A DNA stretch of 64,000 bases, from the NCBI GenBank assembly GCA_951406725.2, contig OX597820.1, positions 105,586,001 to 105,650,000 of the forward strand, read 5' to 3'. How positions within the stretch are numbered: the first letter of the stretch is position 1; each line of letters begins with the position of its first letter. A program made the translations under genes and the position numbers. The DNA comes from Octopus vulgaris. Lineage: Eukaryota. The notes below the pieces were generated by a model, which saw only the letters and a program-made list of their open reading frames with translations, did not search any database and had not been told where the DNA came from. This document shows, one piece after another, positions 1 through 13,878 of this stretch.

Positions 1-106
1 GTTTACTCATCCCCTCTTCTGGTGTGGAGGATTTCCTGCTCCTTTTGACAAGCCTATGGACCTGGTACCAACATGTTCTATTCATTTCTTGGTCTTCAAC
101 AACAGA

Positions 107-940
107 ATGGCACTTTGCAATTCATGTGAATTGACATTACAAGATGGAATTCGCCAATTTAATAATGACAGTGAGGCACTAGGTTTCTTTTGCAAACACA
201 ATGTTCTTCCCTGTACTGTAGATTGCCTTACATGTCATTTAGCTTGTACATTCCGTGAAAACAAGCACCTTCCCATGTCGAATGACTTTGCTGTTGATGA
301 CAAAGGCCCACTGATTGGATATTCTGTATCCCTGTGCTAGAGCACCTTTTTAGAGTGGAGCCAGGTACCACCATGTAAAGTTCTTTTGTTTGTGAACTAC
401 TTTCTCACAGACTGTTGGTCATGGAGGATTTCATATCTGACCTCAGTTGATTGGCCATCCTTCTGTTACGAGGTTTGTCAGCATTGGGTAGAGAATCCCT
501 AGGATTAAATCTGTGGACCAGGGGTCAAAGTGGAAATTGAGACGGTTATTGTAAGGAGAAAATATCATTGTAGAAGACTTATAAAAACTATCTGGCTTTT
601 CAGTGGGATAGAACGAGATGAAAGGCAAGATGCTGCCACACTGATCCCTCTATATGCTAAGGGTCCATAGTATATAGCGATTCTTGGGCTGCATATAATT
701 CTCTGGGAAATCTTGGGTATACCCACTTACAGGTCAACCACAGCGAAAATTTTGTAGATCCTACAAACACGGTGAACACTCAGATGATAGATTGTGAGGA
801 TTGGTGGTTTGCCCAGGCATTCGTGCCAATTTTTTTAAAGCAATGCCTCTCTAGATTCCTATTTATGGAAAGCGTTAAACCTGCTGCCAGGAGAATACAC
901 GTATTCTTATTGGCAGCAGCAAGTCTTTATCCTGGCCTGA
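107..940 (+). mobile_element. Degenerate Merlin (IS1595/ISXO2-like) DDE transposase remnant
   Basis: Broken frames give KVEI-ET-IVRRKYHCRRL, DAATLIPL, SIVYSDSWAAYNSL and HLQVNHSENFVDP, motifs typical of ISXO2/Merlin transposases. Many stops and frameshifts. Confidence 0.65.
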
Positions 941-1654
941 GATAATTTTTTCCTCCAAACACAACCCATCTCATTTCTTTATCATCTCTGTCGATGGACC
1001 ACTCAAAGAGGTATACATTATCATTTTCATAACAATTTCTGTTGTATTTCAAAATTTTCTTTAAATGGTGTAATCTACGTTTGTGAAGCTTTAAAATATT
1101 TGTATTGAAGACAATCTACAATTTTAACAGCCATAATGTTCAGCACATCATTGGTAATTGAAGGATAATACCTGCTTAATGATTTGACTGTTCACTTTTT
1201 CTAATGTCATGGGCAGTCAAACCTTCCTTCAGTGACATATCAAGCTGGATAATTTTATTTTTGTTAATCCTTTTAACACTGGACAAATTCAGAAAATTTT
1301 ATGTTAATTCAGAAATTGGGTTTTACTCTACAATTTAGGAAAGGAAAAAAAACTATGCTGTCTGAGGTGGAGACCCATTCCCATCCACACTTCACAAAAG
1401 ACAATTTTTTCACATCAAGTAACAAGAATCAAATACTTATACTGGTGGGTAGGAAAACTACATATAGGAGATACTGAAAATGTATTGCAAAAGTGGAATT
1501 TTTTTTTCTTTTTGGTGAATAATTTATATTACAGGAATGACTTTAGAAAATTTTATTTGGCAGTAAAAAAGGTTAATGCATACAAGGGGTATTCATTAGC
1601 CCTTTTGTTGTATTTATTTTGAGATGCACTGTTTCTTTCAGTTCAAATATAACT

Positions 1655-1760
1655 CAAGTATTTGACCAGTACTTATTCCATCCCCTCCCCACCCAAGAAT
1701 GAAGGACAAAGCTGACCTCGGTAGAATTTGAACTGAGAACGTAAAGATGGGCGAAATATT
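1655..1760 (-). mobile_element. Meta-domain tRNA-SINE fragment
   Basis: Reverse complement resembles the SINE at 62122-62352 (…ttctcagttcaaattctaccgaggtcagctttgtccttcatt…). Confidence 0.5.
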
Positions 1761-2616
1761 ACCAAACAGAGCTTGTCTGGTGTAGTAGGAAATTTACCAG
1801 CTTGCAGCCATCAGACCACTTTCTAATAACCCGACAATCCGAATATCTGCAACCGTATATTGCTGGCCAGGATCGCTTATGCCTGAAATGGAGGCTATAA
1901 TGCATTTCTGCCATATTTATCACTACACAAGAAAAATTGTATTTAAAAGATATTTCCGACACGAAGCACTATTAGATCTATTATTAATGCTTTGTGTCCA
2001 AAATAATTGAACCAGTGTCAGCGTAAATATCGTTTTTCTTTTTCAATTAACTTCGCTTTATCATATCTTTGAACAAACGAGATATAACGTTGTTTACCTG
2101 CTAAAAAGAGCCGTCATTTATCTTTCAAATCTCAAGTATATTACGTTATCTTTTAAACAGAACGTCTGTTAGTGTAGACCTGGATACTCAATGATTGAGG
2201 GAAAATACAAGATGGGATGGTAATTCATAAGTCTGCTCACTTGAAGCAGATTTGAGGCAAAGCAACAACCGCTTAGAGGATTAATGAACTCTTCATGTTT
2301 AGATAAAATGTTTACCAAATATATTCTCGGTTACATCTCATTAGCATGGAACAGCTTGCATTACAGATCTTTGAAGTATTAGAAACAGTAGCTTGAGTTA
2401 TCTCCCTTCAACTACTTTCATTCTTGAATGAACATGCATATGTATATACGCGTTCACACTCGGACGCACTTATGTACACGTACACACAGTTATCTGGTGC
2501 AGCAAATTTTCAGGAGGGAGGGTATTAAACAGTTGTTTACAAATATGTATTTCGAAACCTAAGATAACCCAAACTGCCGGTACACTATATTAACTAGTCA
2601 TCTCTGTTGACTATCT

Positions 2617-2960
2617 ACATGGTCTCAATAAGTATCCGAACTGTTGGCACTAATTAACCTTGAACTCTGCTATGCATGCGCACTAAGTTTTAACATTCTA
2701 GCTAACTTTCGCTGTCTACAGCAGTGCTTGGAAGGAAGGTGTGTAGCGTGTGATCATCGCATTGGCTATGACAGAAAGTTGAGCAAAGAATCTGCATCAA
2801 ATTTTGCCCAAAGCATGGCGATATCTGCTCAGAGGCCTACGCAAAGTTCTCATCGTTTTCGATACAATCAACATTTTGTGCAAATGATACCTGAATGTCT
2901 TTTTGGTCAGCTGAAAGCAGTTTTGGCACCAACTTGGCAGACACGCGTCTCATAATCAAA
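2617..2960. mobile_element. Mariner-like remnant interrupted by the Merlin element
   Basis: GAGCAAAGAATCTGCATCAAATTTTGC reads EQRICIKFC, a mariner N-terminal motif. TIR-like start acatggtctcaataagtatccg. Confidence 0.4.
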
Positions 2961-2972
2961 TCTTATGCTAAT

Positions 2973-3738
2973 AGTATGCAGTCTACCACGTTGTCAAACA
3001 GTATAGCCAGGGTTATCTACCTTACATGTTTAGTTAGTAAAGGAAGCCAATTTTTTCCATTATACGAACATTAACAAATTAAACTGCAAGTTGAGTCTCA
3101 GTGAGATTTTAGAACTAATATTTTTCTTTGTCATGGATATACCCATGACCATAGGAGTGACTCTAACAGGAAAATCTAAAAACACAAATGACTGGTACAA
3201 TATGTGCCGCGGGGTAGGGCAGATGGTTGGAACAAACGATAACCCCATTAAGATGGAAGAAACAAGATTTGCTGGTCGAGGAAAATACAATTGAGGAAGA
3301 ATGCTGAATAGCGACAACGCTTCTCTCTTCGAAAACAGTAATGCGGAACAACTACACAACTGGAACCATAGACGTAGAATTAATAGGCCGTAGGCTTTTG
3401 GTCGCAGACTGTCAATACTTCTGTGTGGAACAGTCTGATACTAATTATTGAAAAAGAATGTGAAAAATGTTCACTAATTCATTCAGATGAGTGGCCCGCT
3501 TATAATAATTTAAATGCCATAGGTTACCACCATCTGACAGTGAACCATCAATGACATTATGTGGATCCAGTGACTGGAGCACACGCTCAGGCCATTAAGT
3601 GATCATGGTTAGTTGCTAAAACTATGATTTTGAAAAAAAAAAAAAAAAATGATCTGAAATATCTCAAGTATTTTATCTCTGGAATATCTGAAAGATAAGG
3701 TAGATAACCCTGTTTGGCACCGTGGTGGATCGCATACT
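2973..3738 (+). mobile_element. Internally deleted Merlin DNA transposon with TIRs
   Basis: Imperfect TIRs gtatgcagtctaccacg…gggttatctacctta / taaggtagataaccc…cgtggtggatcgcatac. Translated remnants IKMEETRFAGRGKYN, IHSDEWPAYNNL and HLTVNH--YVDPVTGAHAQAI. Confidence 0.75.
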
Positions 3739-5593
3739 ATAATAGCATCCTAAATTTTCAGTGATAATGGACTAGAACTGAACCGTAACTAATCTGCACA
3801 TCCTCTGATAACTCACAGATTCGACGATTTCCCCTCACAGCTGCATTGTTTTCTCAGTTCTGCTGGTTGCGGGTCTATAGCGACATTTTTTCGGCCATCT
3901 TGGAAACGTCTGAATCATTCGTACACTTGTGAGCGGTTCATACACTCCTTTCCATTACACTTTTTGCAACTTTGCGTAGGCCTCTGAGCCGGTATCACCA
4001 TGACAACTTTCTCTGTCATGTCTAATGCGACGATCACACGCTACATACGTTCCTTCCAAGCACTGACTTTCTACAGAAACTTTCGATACTACTTATATAT
4101 ATATACATACATACGCAAATATGCTTCCTACTTCGAACTTCGTTTCCTCATAACTTTCAGAAAAATAGATATTTTTGGATAGAATTTTCTATAAATACCC
4201 TGTAGGTGGTATCGGAATTTAATATGAAAAAAAAAATGATGCCCATCAATAACAAATTTTCTCAAATTTTCAACATTGATGTAAATTCTTTAATATTAAT
4301 TTCCAGAAAAAAATGAATGTTATTTTCGTCGTCAGCATGCAAAACAACCCATTTGAAAATAATCCGGTGAAAATTTGCGACTCCCATGTATAAGCTGGGC
4401 CACGTACACAAGCAATACGGCAAACTATTAAAACCCATTTGAATATGTAGCTGCACTCCCGAATACGTCGCCTAAGATTCTCGCTGCTGCTAACTAACCT
4501 CGGTCAGCTTTACAAAACAACGAAATGCAACAAAATAAGTATTTCGCATGCATGGACTACACCCCAGTGACTTTCGCATGAATGCTTACAATTTTCTAAG
4601 GTTATTTGTTTTTTGCTTTTTGGCATAAACAATGTTTATGCATACACGCATGCACCCTACTATATGTATATTCAGCAATTTGTTTCTATGTCTGTATCAA
4701 CTCAGCTCTAATTCGCTGATACTGCGTCACTTCACCCTATACTGCATTTATTCCGCCTGCTGCATTGAACTCGCTTCTTAGCTGACCTTGACCAAAGCTG
4801 TTAACACCGATCTTGGCATTATCACATAAAAGGAAGAGAAACCATGCGCCCTCGCGTCCAGCCACTTCTTCCACTTTCACTGGTCACGTTGTTCATAGAA
4901 TAAGTTTACCTGGTTCAAAACACCCTGATATCTTCTTTCAGTTTTTCGTCCTTATTTGCTCACAACAGTTACATACCACAGCACCAGACACACCTGTACT
5001 CTGCACGTCCTTTAAGGCACCTTCACAAGTTAGCTCACTTTTCGCTCGAAATCTTTCTTGTATTACTGGTCGAGAACAGCTTCCTCACCATTTTGGGCCA
5101 AGACCATTATTTCAGTCACGAAATATCCGCTGTTACCTTTTCCCTTTTATTTGTTTCAGCTCGATAGCTAGGGATATGCTGGTGTATAGCCATTGACCTA
5201 GTTTAGTTATGGAATTGTCATGATTACGGAATGCTAAGTTGAATTTTTCCTCTTTTACTCGACTTCTGTTGCAGAGCTAACACGTCTCTTTTCTTTCCTT
5301 GGCTGCGTCAGAGGCCAACACTCGCCTCTCTTACTTACCAGCTATATCAGAGTCAGTGCCTCTCCTCTCTCTTTCGTCGTGTCATTAATGGCATCGTGTG
5401 AGCCTTATTGCTATCAACTTCCTTTCACATTAACTAAGCCTTCTACAACTATAATGACGATGCTTCACCGAACAGACCAGTATTTGTAATCTACTTTCAA
5501 CTCAAAGAAATTGAGAATATAATCGGTAACGATCCAATAAAAGTTAAGCTAAGTATGACCTGTTTCGCCTGTCATTTATTTTATGGACTTTTG

Positions 5594-6240
5594 GGATCTT
5601 TTCCTTTTGAAGGCCAGATTTCAACACAATTTCTAGTTAACTAAACACTTTAAAACTTCGTATACTGGTAGAATGTTTCAAAAGAAAACATTATTTTCAC
5701 TTGGCTTTCTTGATAAATTTGTAATTCGTTTGTTTAACGTAGTTTAATTTTTCGAATTTTAACCAATGAATCGCCTCTAGTTGAGCTGAAATCATTTGCT
5801 ACGTCTAAAAACTGAGACAACATCCTGTAACTAACCTTAACCCTAATTTTCCGTACGTATACGGAAAGCGTGTGTATAAAAATTATAGAATTATTTTGTA
5901 TGATAACTGTTTAAATTATTTTCCATTGCTTTAGTTTTTTTTTTACACGCGTAACAATTAAATTAATTTAACTATTAAGAAAAAAAATTAGGGTTAGGGT
6001 TAGTTACAGGATGTTGTCTCAGTTTTTAGACGCAGCAAATGATTTCAGCTCAAATAGAGGCGATTCATTGGTTAAAATTCGAAATATTAAACTACGTTAA
6101 ACAAACGAATTACAAATTTATCAAGAAAGCCAAGTGAAAATAATGTTTTCTTTTGAAACATTCTGCCAGTATACGAAGTTTTAAAGTGCTTAGTTAACTA
6201 GAAATTGTGTTGAAATCTGGCCTTCAAAAGGAAAAGATCC
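5594..6240. mobile_element. Foldback MITE with ~250-bp inverted arms ending internally in telomere-like repeats
   Basis: 5594-~5847 is the near-perfect reverse complement of ~5987-6240 (ggatcttttccttttgaaggcc… / …ggccttcaaaaggaaaagatcc). CCCTAA/TTAGGG units lie at the inner ends. Confidence 0.85.
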
Positions 6241-6306
6241 TAGCACAAATAATACTTATGACTTCAATTCAGCCATACACACTCGCGTGCACATACGTAC
6301 ATATAA

Positions 6307-6352
<46 letters not shown>

Positions 6353-6771
6353 CAAACCAGGAAGATCTATTACATATTAATAAAATGCAATGAGTTTCGA
6401 GTCGGTCAGCTTGTATAAGGAAGATAAACAACAAACGGAGTGGGAGTGAGTAACAGTCAGAGACGATAAACTGTTGTGAGAAATAACACACAAAAACAAT
6501 CAAAAAGACAGCTGTATGTATTATATATACATATAGTCTCTTTTGAAGTCTGAGTTGCTTTGTACTGATAAGACTTGGACTTAAAATCCCTAAGATTTTA
6601 ATCAAAATTGTTACTATGGTGACAACACAATCTACCTATCACTCTTAAAATATTTCTCTCCCAACAATAAATAACCTGTTATTATAGTGAAAGTCTGTAT
6701 GTTGAAAGACATACAGAAACATAAAAGATAACTGTATGTATTATATATACATGTAGTTATATTTTAGAAGT

Positions 6772-7129
6772 CCGACGACGAGGGTTTCAGTTGATCCGAT
6801 CAACGGAACAGCCTGCTCGTGTAATTAATGTGCAAGTGACTGAGCACTCCACAGATACATGTACCCTTAACGTAGTTCTCGGTGAGATTCAGTGTGACAC
6901 AGAGTGTGACAAGGCTAACCCTTTGAAATATAGGTACAACAGGAATAGGAAGAAAGAGTGAGAGAAAGTTGCGGTGAAGGTGTACAGCAGAGTTTTCCTC
7001 CATCCCTGCCGGAGTGTCGCGGAGCTTCAGGTGTTTTAGCCCAAACACTCACAACGCCCGGTCTGGGAATCGAAACCATGATTATACGTCCGCGAATCCG
7101 CTGCCCTAACCACTGGGTCACTGCGCTTC
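6772..7129 (-). mobile_element. tRNA-derived SINE, family A
   Basis: Reverse complement aligns with 18439-18820. Head has A-box (tgacccagtggttagg) and B-box (ggtttcgattccc). Confidence 0.85.
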
Positions 7130-7356
7130 TACGATACACATACATATAGACACACATACGGTGTTTCGTTATGAAACCATTACATGCTACAAAGTACAAT
7201 AAGCGTTTTTGTAAGTCAATACCGTGTACTGCTGTGTTGACAGCGCACTTAAATCATGTGTTAAGATCTTCTCTACAGATTTTCTATAGAAATTTTAGCC
7301 AGCTCTAATTCCGTACCTGAGACGTCAGGTGTAAAACAATGAGATTGAAGATGAAA

Positions 7357-7419
7357 AAATGGGTTATGGGCATATATGCCACGTTTCGGGAGGTTTTGCT
7401 TCTTCATCAGCACCCATTT
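7357..7419 (-). ncRNA. Degenerate hammerhead ribozyme motif
   Basis: Minus strand: AAATGGGTG-CTGATGA-AGAAGCAAAACCTCCC-GAAA-CGTGGCATATATGCCCA-TA-ACCCATTT. Both core boxes and a stem I pairing are present; stems II and III are imperfect. Confidence 0.45.
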
Positions 7420-7482
7420 ATCATCCGCGAAATCGTTGCTTAAACAACCACTACATATAACGTTACATATAGATAAAGATAG

Positions 7483-7640
7483 ATATGGCCGGTTTATGGG
7501 GCTACCCGGGGTTTCATGTCCACAAAGCGCTTAGCTTTACAGCATTTCTTCAGACTCTAAACCTGTTGGCTTATGGCCACTGTAAAGCAAAGCGTTTTAT
7601 GGACGTGAAATCCCGGGTAACCCGATAAACCGGCCATATC
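7483..7640. repeat. Inverted repeat next to the hammerhead-like motif
   Basis: atatggccggtttat…gctttacag at ~7483-7541 pairs with ctgtaaagc…ataaaccggccatat at ~7580-7639. Confidence 0.75.
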
Positions 7641-7881
7641 AGCCTTCACATAATCTAATGCTCTATAACTTAGTGTGCTTCTTTTCCGGATTTATGATTT
7701 ACTGATGATATGTGTGTGTGTTTTACTGTTTCCATGGCTTCATATCGCGTGATATATGTAAGCAAGTGTCATGCAAGCGTTGTCCTTTGTTTCTAACCTT
7801 CCATAAAAGCATGTCTGGGCATGGTGATATATTACCTTCTTTGGGACAGACGCGTGCGCGTATATATATACATAAAACTTC

Positions 7882-7935
<54 letters not shown>

Positions 7936-8121
7936 CACACACACACACACACAAGTACAAACATAGAAGGAGATAGTTATCTGTAACTTGATACAATAAA
8001 GTGTTCACAGAGGAACATCTATCACACGTTTCTAAAAAAATTTATATATGTATCTGTACGGTGAACAGTAATAATGGTAGAGGTTAAAATGGCACAATTG
8101 AAATAAGTTGGTAAAACTGGC

Positions 8122-8745
8122 ATTGTTGTTGGCATCCTTTTTGTCTCGGGAGACAATGGAGTTGCGCATAAAATAGTCTAGTCCGGCTTTTACATTTCAT
8201 GTCCTGATACATTTCCTGCTGTGGCTGTGTAGTCCTATCCTGGACAAACACTCCCTCTGGTAGGTACCGCAAATGTAGCGAAGACTGTTCCTGGCAGGTT
8301 GTAATGTCATAGTTTCTTGTTGACGTCTTTTCTTGTCTTTCCATTTCTCCTCTCTCTCTCTGTCACTCCTTTGTATTCCCTCTTTTACGGTACGTCGCCA
8401 GTCTCCACGGTTGCTGGCAATTGCTTCCCAACCGCTAATATTGATGTTGCAGGCCTTCATGTCCCTTTTGCAAACATCCTTGTAACGTAAGAACGGTCTG
8501 CCCACAGACCTAGTACCCCTAGCAAGCTCTCCGTAGAGTATGTCCTTGGGGATTCTGCCATCTTTCATACGGCTAACATGCCCATGCCATCTCATACGTC
8601 TTTGTGTGAGGAGTGCAAACATGCTTGGTATTCCTGCTTGCTTGAGGACACCTTTGTTGGGGATATGATTCTGCCATTGGATGCGGAGGATTTTCCGGAG
8701 GCAGCGCAGGTGAAAGATGTTTAGGCGACGCTCTTGGCATAAGCT
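8122..8745 (-). mobile_element. RTE/BovB-like LINE, 3' fragment (ORF2 C-terminus and 3' end)
   Basis: ORF 8197-8769: FHLRCLRKILRIQWQNHIPN…RMRWHGHVSRMKDGRIPKDILYGEL…GRPFLRYKD, with a terminal zinc-finger-like motif (C…CLSRIGLHSH). 3' stem-loop GTCTCCCGAGAC followed by (CAA)n. Confidence 0.9.
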
Positions 8746-9112
8746 TACTGAAATATACACTATTGGCAAAAGAAGTAGAATAAAGTTTTTACGTATGTAT
8801 GTATATGCTTATATGAAACTATGTATATAGTCACCATTTACACGCGCGCGCGCACCGGCTTATACAAACTTACAATCATTACTTGCACACTTCCAAACCC
8901 ATGTACATATATGTTTATTATATATACTAGTATAATAAGTGCACACTTGCTTAGTAAATATTGCTTTCATTATTTTATGACAGTCATAATCTCTCTTTTT
9001 TAAATGAACATCATGGTAGTCTAACAACTGAGGGAGAAGCAGTTTGTCAAGTTTTACCTTCCCCTCACATAGAGATTTCAATTCAGCAGCCCATCGGTAA
9101 GCTTTGCAGTGC

Positions 9113-9167
<55 letters not shown>

Positions 9168-9435
9168 TATTGCAAACAATGAATGAAATAAGCATGAAAT
9201 AAAAATATCGTATAAATAAAAGGGCATTACTACAGATGTATACGCCCCCGACTTTGTTACCTCATAACATCCAAAAAAATGGATACTTTTAACAAAATCT
9301 TCGACAAATACTGTTTAGATGTTGTGGATTCAGAGTATATAGGGATTTAGGGGAAAGAACTTTTGCGAGAGGTGGATCCCACAAAGAGTACACGTGTATG
9401 TATATGTGTGTGTGCATGCATACGTATAAATGCAT

Positions 9436-9780
<345 letters not shown>

Positions 9781-10067
9781 TAACGTAAAGAATGGAACTG
9801 GCAAAATACGGACTGCGAGCCAGTAAGCTTATTTTTTCACTGGTGCCATTTTCGTCTGCGCTATTTTACCTAAATTCTTATATGTACATATACACATATT
9901 CACATGCTCACACACACATATACATATATACCGGTATACACGCATACATATACATACATGCATATATATATATACGCATGCACATATACATGTATACATG
10001 CATACATACATATACATGCATATATACGTATGCATGCACACACACACATATACATATACTTTTTGTG

Positions 10068-10948
10068 GGATCCGGACAAAAGCTCCCTCGGACAAAAAAC
10101 CCAGAGTTAAAGTGTGACAGTGGACAAAAGCTCCACAGTTACACTTTTCGCTCATTTTTTCGTATTTTTTTTTTTACTCGTTGCAGTCAGCAGATGTATC
10201 GATCTCTGAGTCATTTTTAGGTGATTTTCAACCAGCATATGTAGTTAAGCTTAGAAGGTCTCTCCACGTGCTAGAAATATCAGCCAAATTTTAACAAAAG
10301 ATTTAATAATTTCACGTAAACAAAAGCGGAAATCGCGGTTGTAAAAAAACTTTTATTTTCCAAAATTCCAATTTTTAAGTAAACAAAATATATTCAATCG
10401 AAAATAAATAAGTAGAATAGAATAACAGAACACACGATTCTTTACTACTCAATGTATATATTGTCTGAATTCTAATAAACGGAAAGCATTTACTTCAAGA
10501 AATGCGTAGAAACATAAAAACGATAAGAAGTACGTTTGAATGATTAGCCTTCGACGCCATAATTCTGTTTAGACATTCAACGGCCGGAGAAAGTTCAAAA
10601 GGTCAGCTCATTCTCATTTATCTGTAAGTGCTGAGAGAAGAAAACAAAAGACTTTAAATTTAAATTTTAAAATGCTGATTTTACTGCGACTAAAAATTCT
10701 TCAAGGCAGTGCCCCAGCATGGTCGCAGTCCAATGACTGGAACAAGTAGAAATAAAAATTTTGGCGTAGATACATTCGACTAAAAACTCTTCAAGGTGGT
10801 GCCCCAGCATGGCCGCAGTCTAATGACTGAAACACAAAAGGTGAAAAAAAGAAACAAAAAGAAAAAAAACCCGAAAATATAACCGTGGGGCTTTTGTTCA
10901 TTTTCACACATTAACTATGGGGCTTCTGTCCGAGGGAGCTTTTGACTC
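10068..10948. mobile_element. Unclassified MITE-like element containing SINE tail fragments
   Basis: Terminal inverted motif caaaagctccctcggaca (~10077) / tgtccgagggagcttttg (~10927). Two SINE family B tails at ~10688-10835. Confidence 0.55.
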
Positions 10949-10949
10949 T

Positions 10950-11546
10950 TGCCGATGAGATGTACCTAGAGTTCAAGAGGAATGACGTCCTAGAAGAAAC
11001 TTTGGGGCTCGATGAGAGGCAACTAGCCAACCTGTTTCAAAGAACTTTCAGGCCGTGGTACCTATATAACTACCAGAACTCCCTGACCTGGCAGTGCGTT
11101 ACCTGTTCGCGACAAATTGTTTAGGCATGGAATGTCTGTGCCACCGGCATGTCCAAGGTGTCGGCAGGACGATGAAACCGTTCTGCACGCTCTTGTACAT
11201 TGCCAGGAGCTTTCGGGCTTGATAATTTACGTAGAACACGTGCTGAGTCCATGATCGAGATTGTACCACCACCCGGACTATCAAAGGAAGGTGAGGCATG
11301 TTTTTTTATGCATAGTCGCAGTATTGAAAGAGTGTACATGGAAAACTAGAACGAAAGGAGTCGCGACGGGAATTTTCACCTGCGGCACTGGTTTGCTATA
11401 TTCTTTCAGATATCGTCTGAAGAGCGAGATAGAGCTGGAGAGGAGACACTTGTCTCGAAGTATATTCGGGAAAAGATGGAAGGATGTGGCAAAGAAGTTG
11501 GATATGAATGACCCTACTTAATCTCATCCATGGTAAAAAAAAAAAG
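10950..11546 (+). mobile_element. L1/Tx1-like LINE 3' fragment with C-terminal zinc finger
   Basis: Frames give YQNSLTWQC…CPRCRQDDETVLHALVHC…FGKRW, followed by an A-run at ~11535. Confidence 0.75.
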
Positions 11547-12354
11547 GTATGGTGTAGCTGTTGGGATTCATGGCCAAGGGTAAACTTGAAAAATTTGTGA
11601 ATTTTAAAAATATAACATTCAGCATTATATATTTAAAACCACTTGGAAAAGCACTCATAAACGCACTATTTGTTTGTAATGTCCTGTATTATGCCACCTA
11701 TGTGTGACAATGATCGTAATAAAGAATCATCTCTTAGGTACCTCTCATTTTGTGAGTTTAATTTGTTATTATCTAATGTTCATTGTTATTGCACTGTTTG
11801 TTGCACTTGTTGAAATTCGAACTGCTGTTAATTTGTGAACTGTTATTTTCGCCATGCGGGTCAGAAAATTGTGGAATTTTTGATATTGTTGGAAACAACT
11901 GTGATTTGAACTCTTTGATTTTTTTACCCTTTGCATGGTTAAAAAACATTATTTGTGTTAAATAATTTTGGAAAAAATTATTTTTTGTCACTTTGTATAT
12001 TCTTTTTGAAGGAATTTATTTTTCTGTGTAATTTCATTGTGGAGTACAACTAACTGTCTCAGGAGGATTTCCCAGAAATGGAAAAGGTACCAAGAAAAGA
12101 AACCGATAATGTGAAACAAGTACTCAAGGAAAAAGCAAGTTTTTCGGCCGCCGTAGGCGGTAATATGTGACTGTAGCAGAATTATTCAAGTATAGGTATC
12201 TCATAATAAAAAAATGTAAACGATATAAAATTGCTTCCTCCGCAAGAAATTGTGCAGAATATAGCTGCGAGAACGGTGGTATATAAGACGTATAATATAA
12301 AGGAAAAAAAGATTGTAATATGTAAAAATGAAGTAACTGAAATGGAACAAAATT

Positions 12355-12850
12355 GTGTACGTTGGCCGTGGTAGAAGGAATGTCACGGCCGATGCACGGG
12401 GGCGCGGGAGGCGGAATGCTGTGTAGGCCAATTACGGCTACGGAGGTTGAAGAGGTACTGGCTGAGTGCACCCAGGACAAATCGCCGGGGCTGGATGGTC
12501 TGACCTATGAATTTTATTGTAGCATGCCGGACTTGTTCGGATACTTGTTGTCCTGCGTCTACACAATCTGGCAGCAGAATGGAAGGATTTCCAGCTCTGT
12601 GAGTCGGGGAGTGGTGACGCTGATCAGAACAGACCCGAGCGAGGGGGACCATATTAGTAATTTTAGGCCCATAACTCTACTTAATGTAGAGTTAAAAATT
12701 TTGGCCAAGGTGTTGGCAAAAAGGTTGGCGCGTGTCGCGGAGAAACTTGTTGGGAGGGCGCAAACATGCGCCATCTCAGGCAGGTCGATCCAGGACAATC
12801 TCCATCTCCTACGCTACACCTTAGATAGGGTTGGTAAATTATTCGGTAAA
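12355..12850 (+). mobile_element. L1/Tx1-like reverse transcriptase fragment
   Basis: ORF 12353-12904: KSPGLDGLTYEFY…NFRPITLLNVELKILAKVLAKRL…QTCAISGRSIQDN (RT domains 0-2). Truncated by the foldback element. Confidence 0.9.
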
Positions 12851-13610
12851 AGTTATAGAATTATTTTGTATGTTAATTGTTTAAATTATTTTCCATTGCT
12901 TTAGTTTTTTTTACACGCGTAACAATTAATAACAAAAAAAATTAGGGTTAGGGTTAGGGTGAGGGTGAGGGTTAGTTACAGGATGTTGTCTCAGTTTTAG
13001 ACGCAGCAAATGATTTTAGCTCAAAAGAGAGCATAGGATTGGTTAAATTTCACTTGGCTTTCTTGATAAATTTGTAATTCGTTTGTTTAACGTAGTTTAA
13101 TTTTTCGAATTTTAACCAATGAATCGCCTCTAGTTGAGCTGAAATCATTCGCTACGTCTAAAAACTGAGACAACATCCTGTAACTAACCCTAATCCTCCC
13201 CCTAACCCTAACCCTAATTTTCCGTATGTATACGGAAAGCGTGTGTATAAAAATTATAGAATTATTTTGTATGATAACTGTTTAAATTATTTTCCATTGC
13301 TTTAGTTTTTTTTACACGCGTAACAATTAAATTAATTTAACAATTAAGAAAAAAAAATTAGGGTTAGGGTTAGTTACAGGATGTTGTCTCAGTTTTTAGA
13401 CGCAGCAAATGATTTCAGCTCAAATAGAGGCGATTCATTGGTTAAAATTCGAAAAATTAAACTACGTTAAACAAACGAATTACAAATTTATCAAGAAAGC
13501 CAAGTGAAAATAATGTTTTCTTTTGACACATTCTACCAGTATACGAAGTTTTAAAGTGTTTAGTTAACTAGAAATTGTGTTGAAATCTGGCCTTCAAAAG
13601 GAAAAGATCC
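12850..13610. mobile_element. Second, rearranged copy of the telomere-repeat foldback MITE
   Basis: Same arm sequences as 5594-6240, with an extra partial arm and TTAGGG/TGAGGG units at ~12942-12972. Confidence 0.85.
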
Positions 13611-13878
13611 TAGCACAAATAATACTTATGACTTCAATTCAGCCATACACACTCGCGTGCACATACGTACATATAAATACACACACACACACACACACAC
13701 ACACACTTCAAACCAGGAAGATCTATAACATATTAATAAAATGCAACGAGTTTCGAGTCGGTCAGCTTGTATAAGGAAGATAAACAACAGAGTTGGAGTG
13801 AATAACAGTGCGAGACGATAACCTGTTGTGAGAAATAACACACAAACAATCAAAAAGACAGCTGTATGTATTATATAC
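13048..13878 (+). repeat. Local direct duplication of ~5695-6528
   Basis: The MITE arm plus its flank (tagcacaaataatacttatgacttcaattcagcc…(CA)n…caaaaagacagctgtatgtattatata) is repeated almost identically. Confidence 0.85.

Noticed and set aside
12940-13220. True telomere or fusion site
   Set aside because: Only a few units, embedded in a repeated foldback element.
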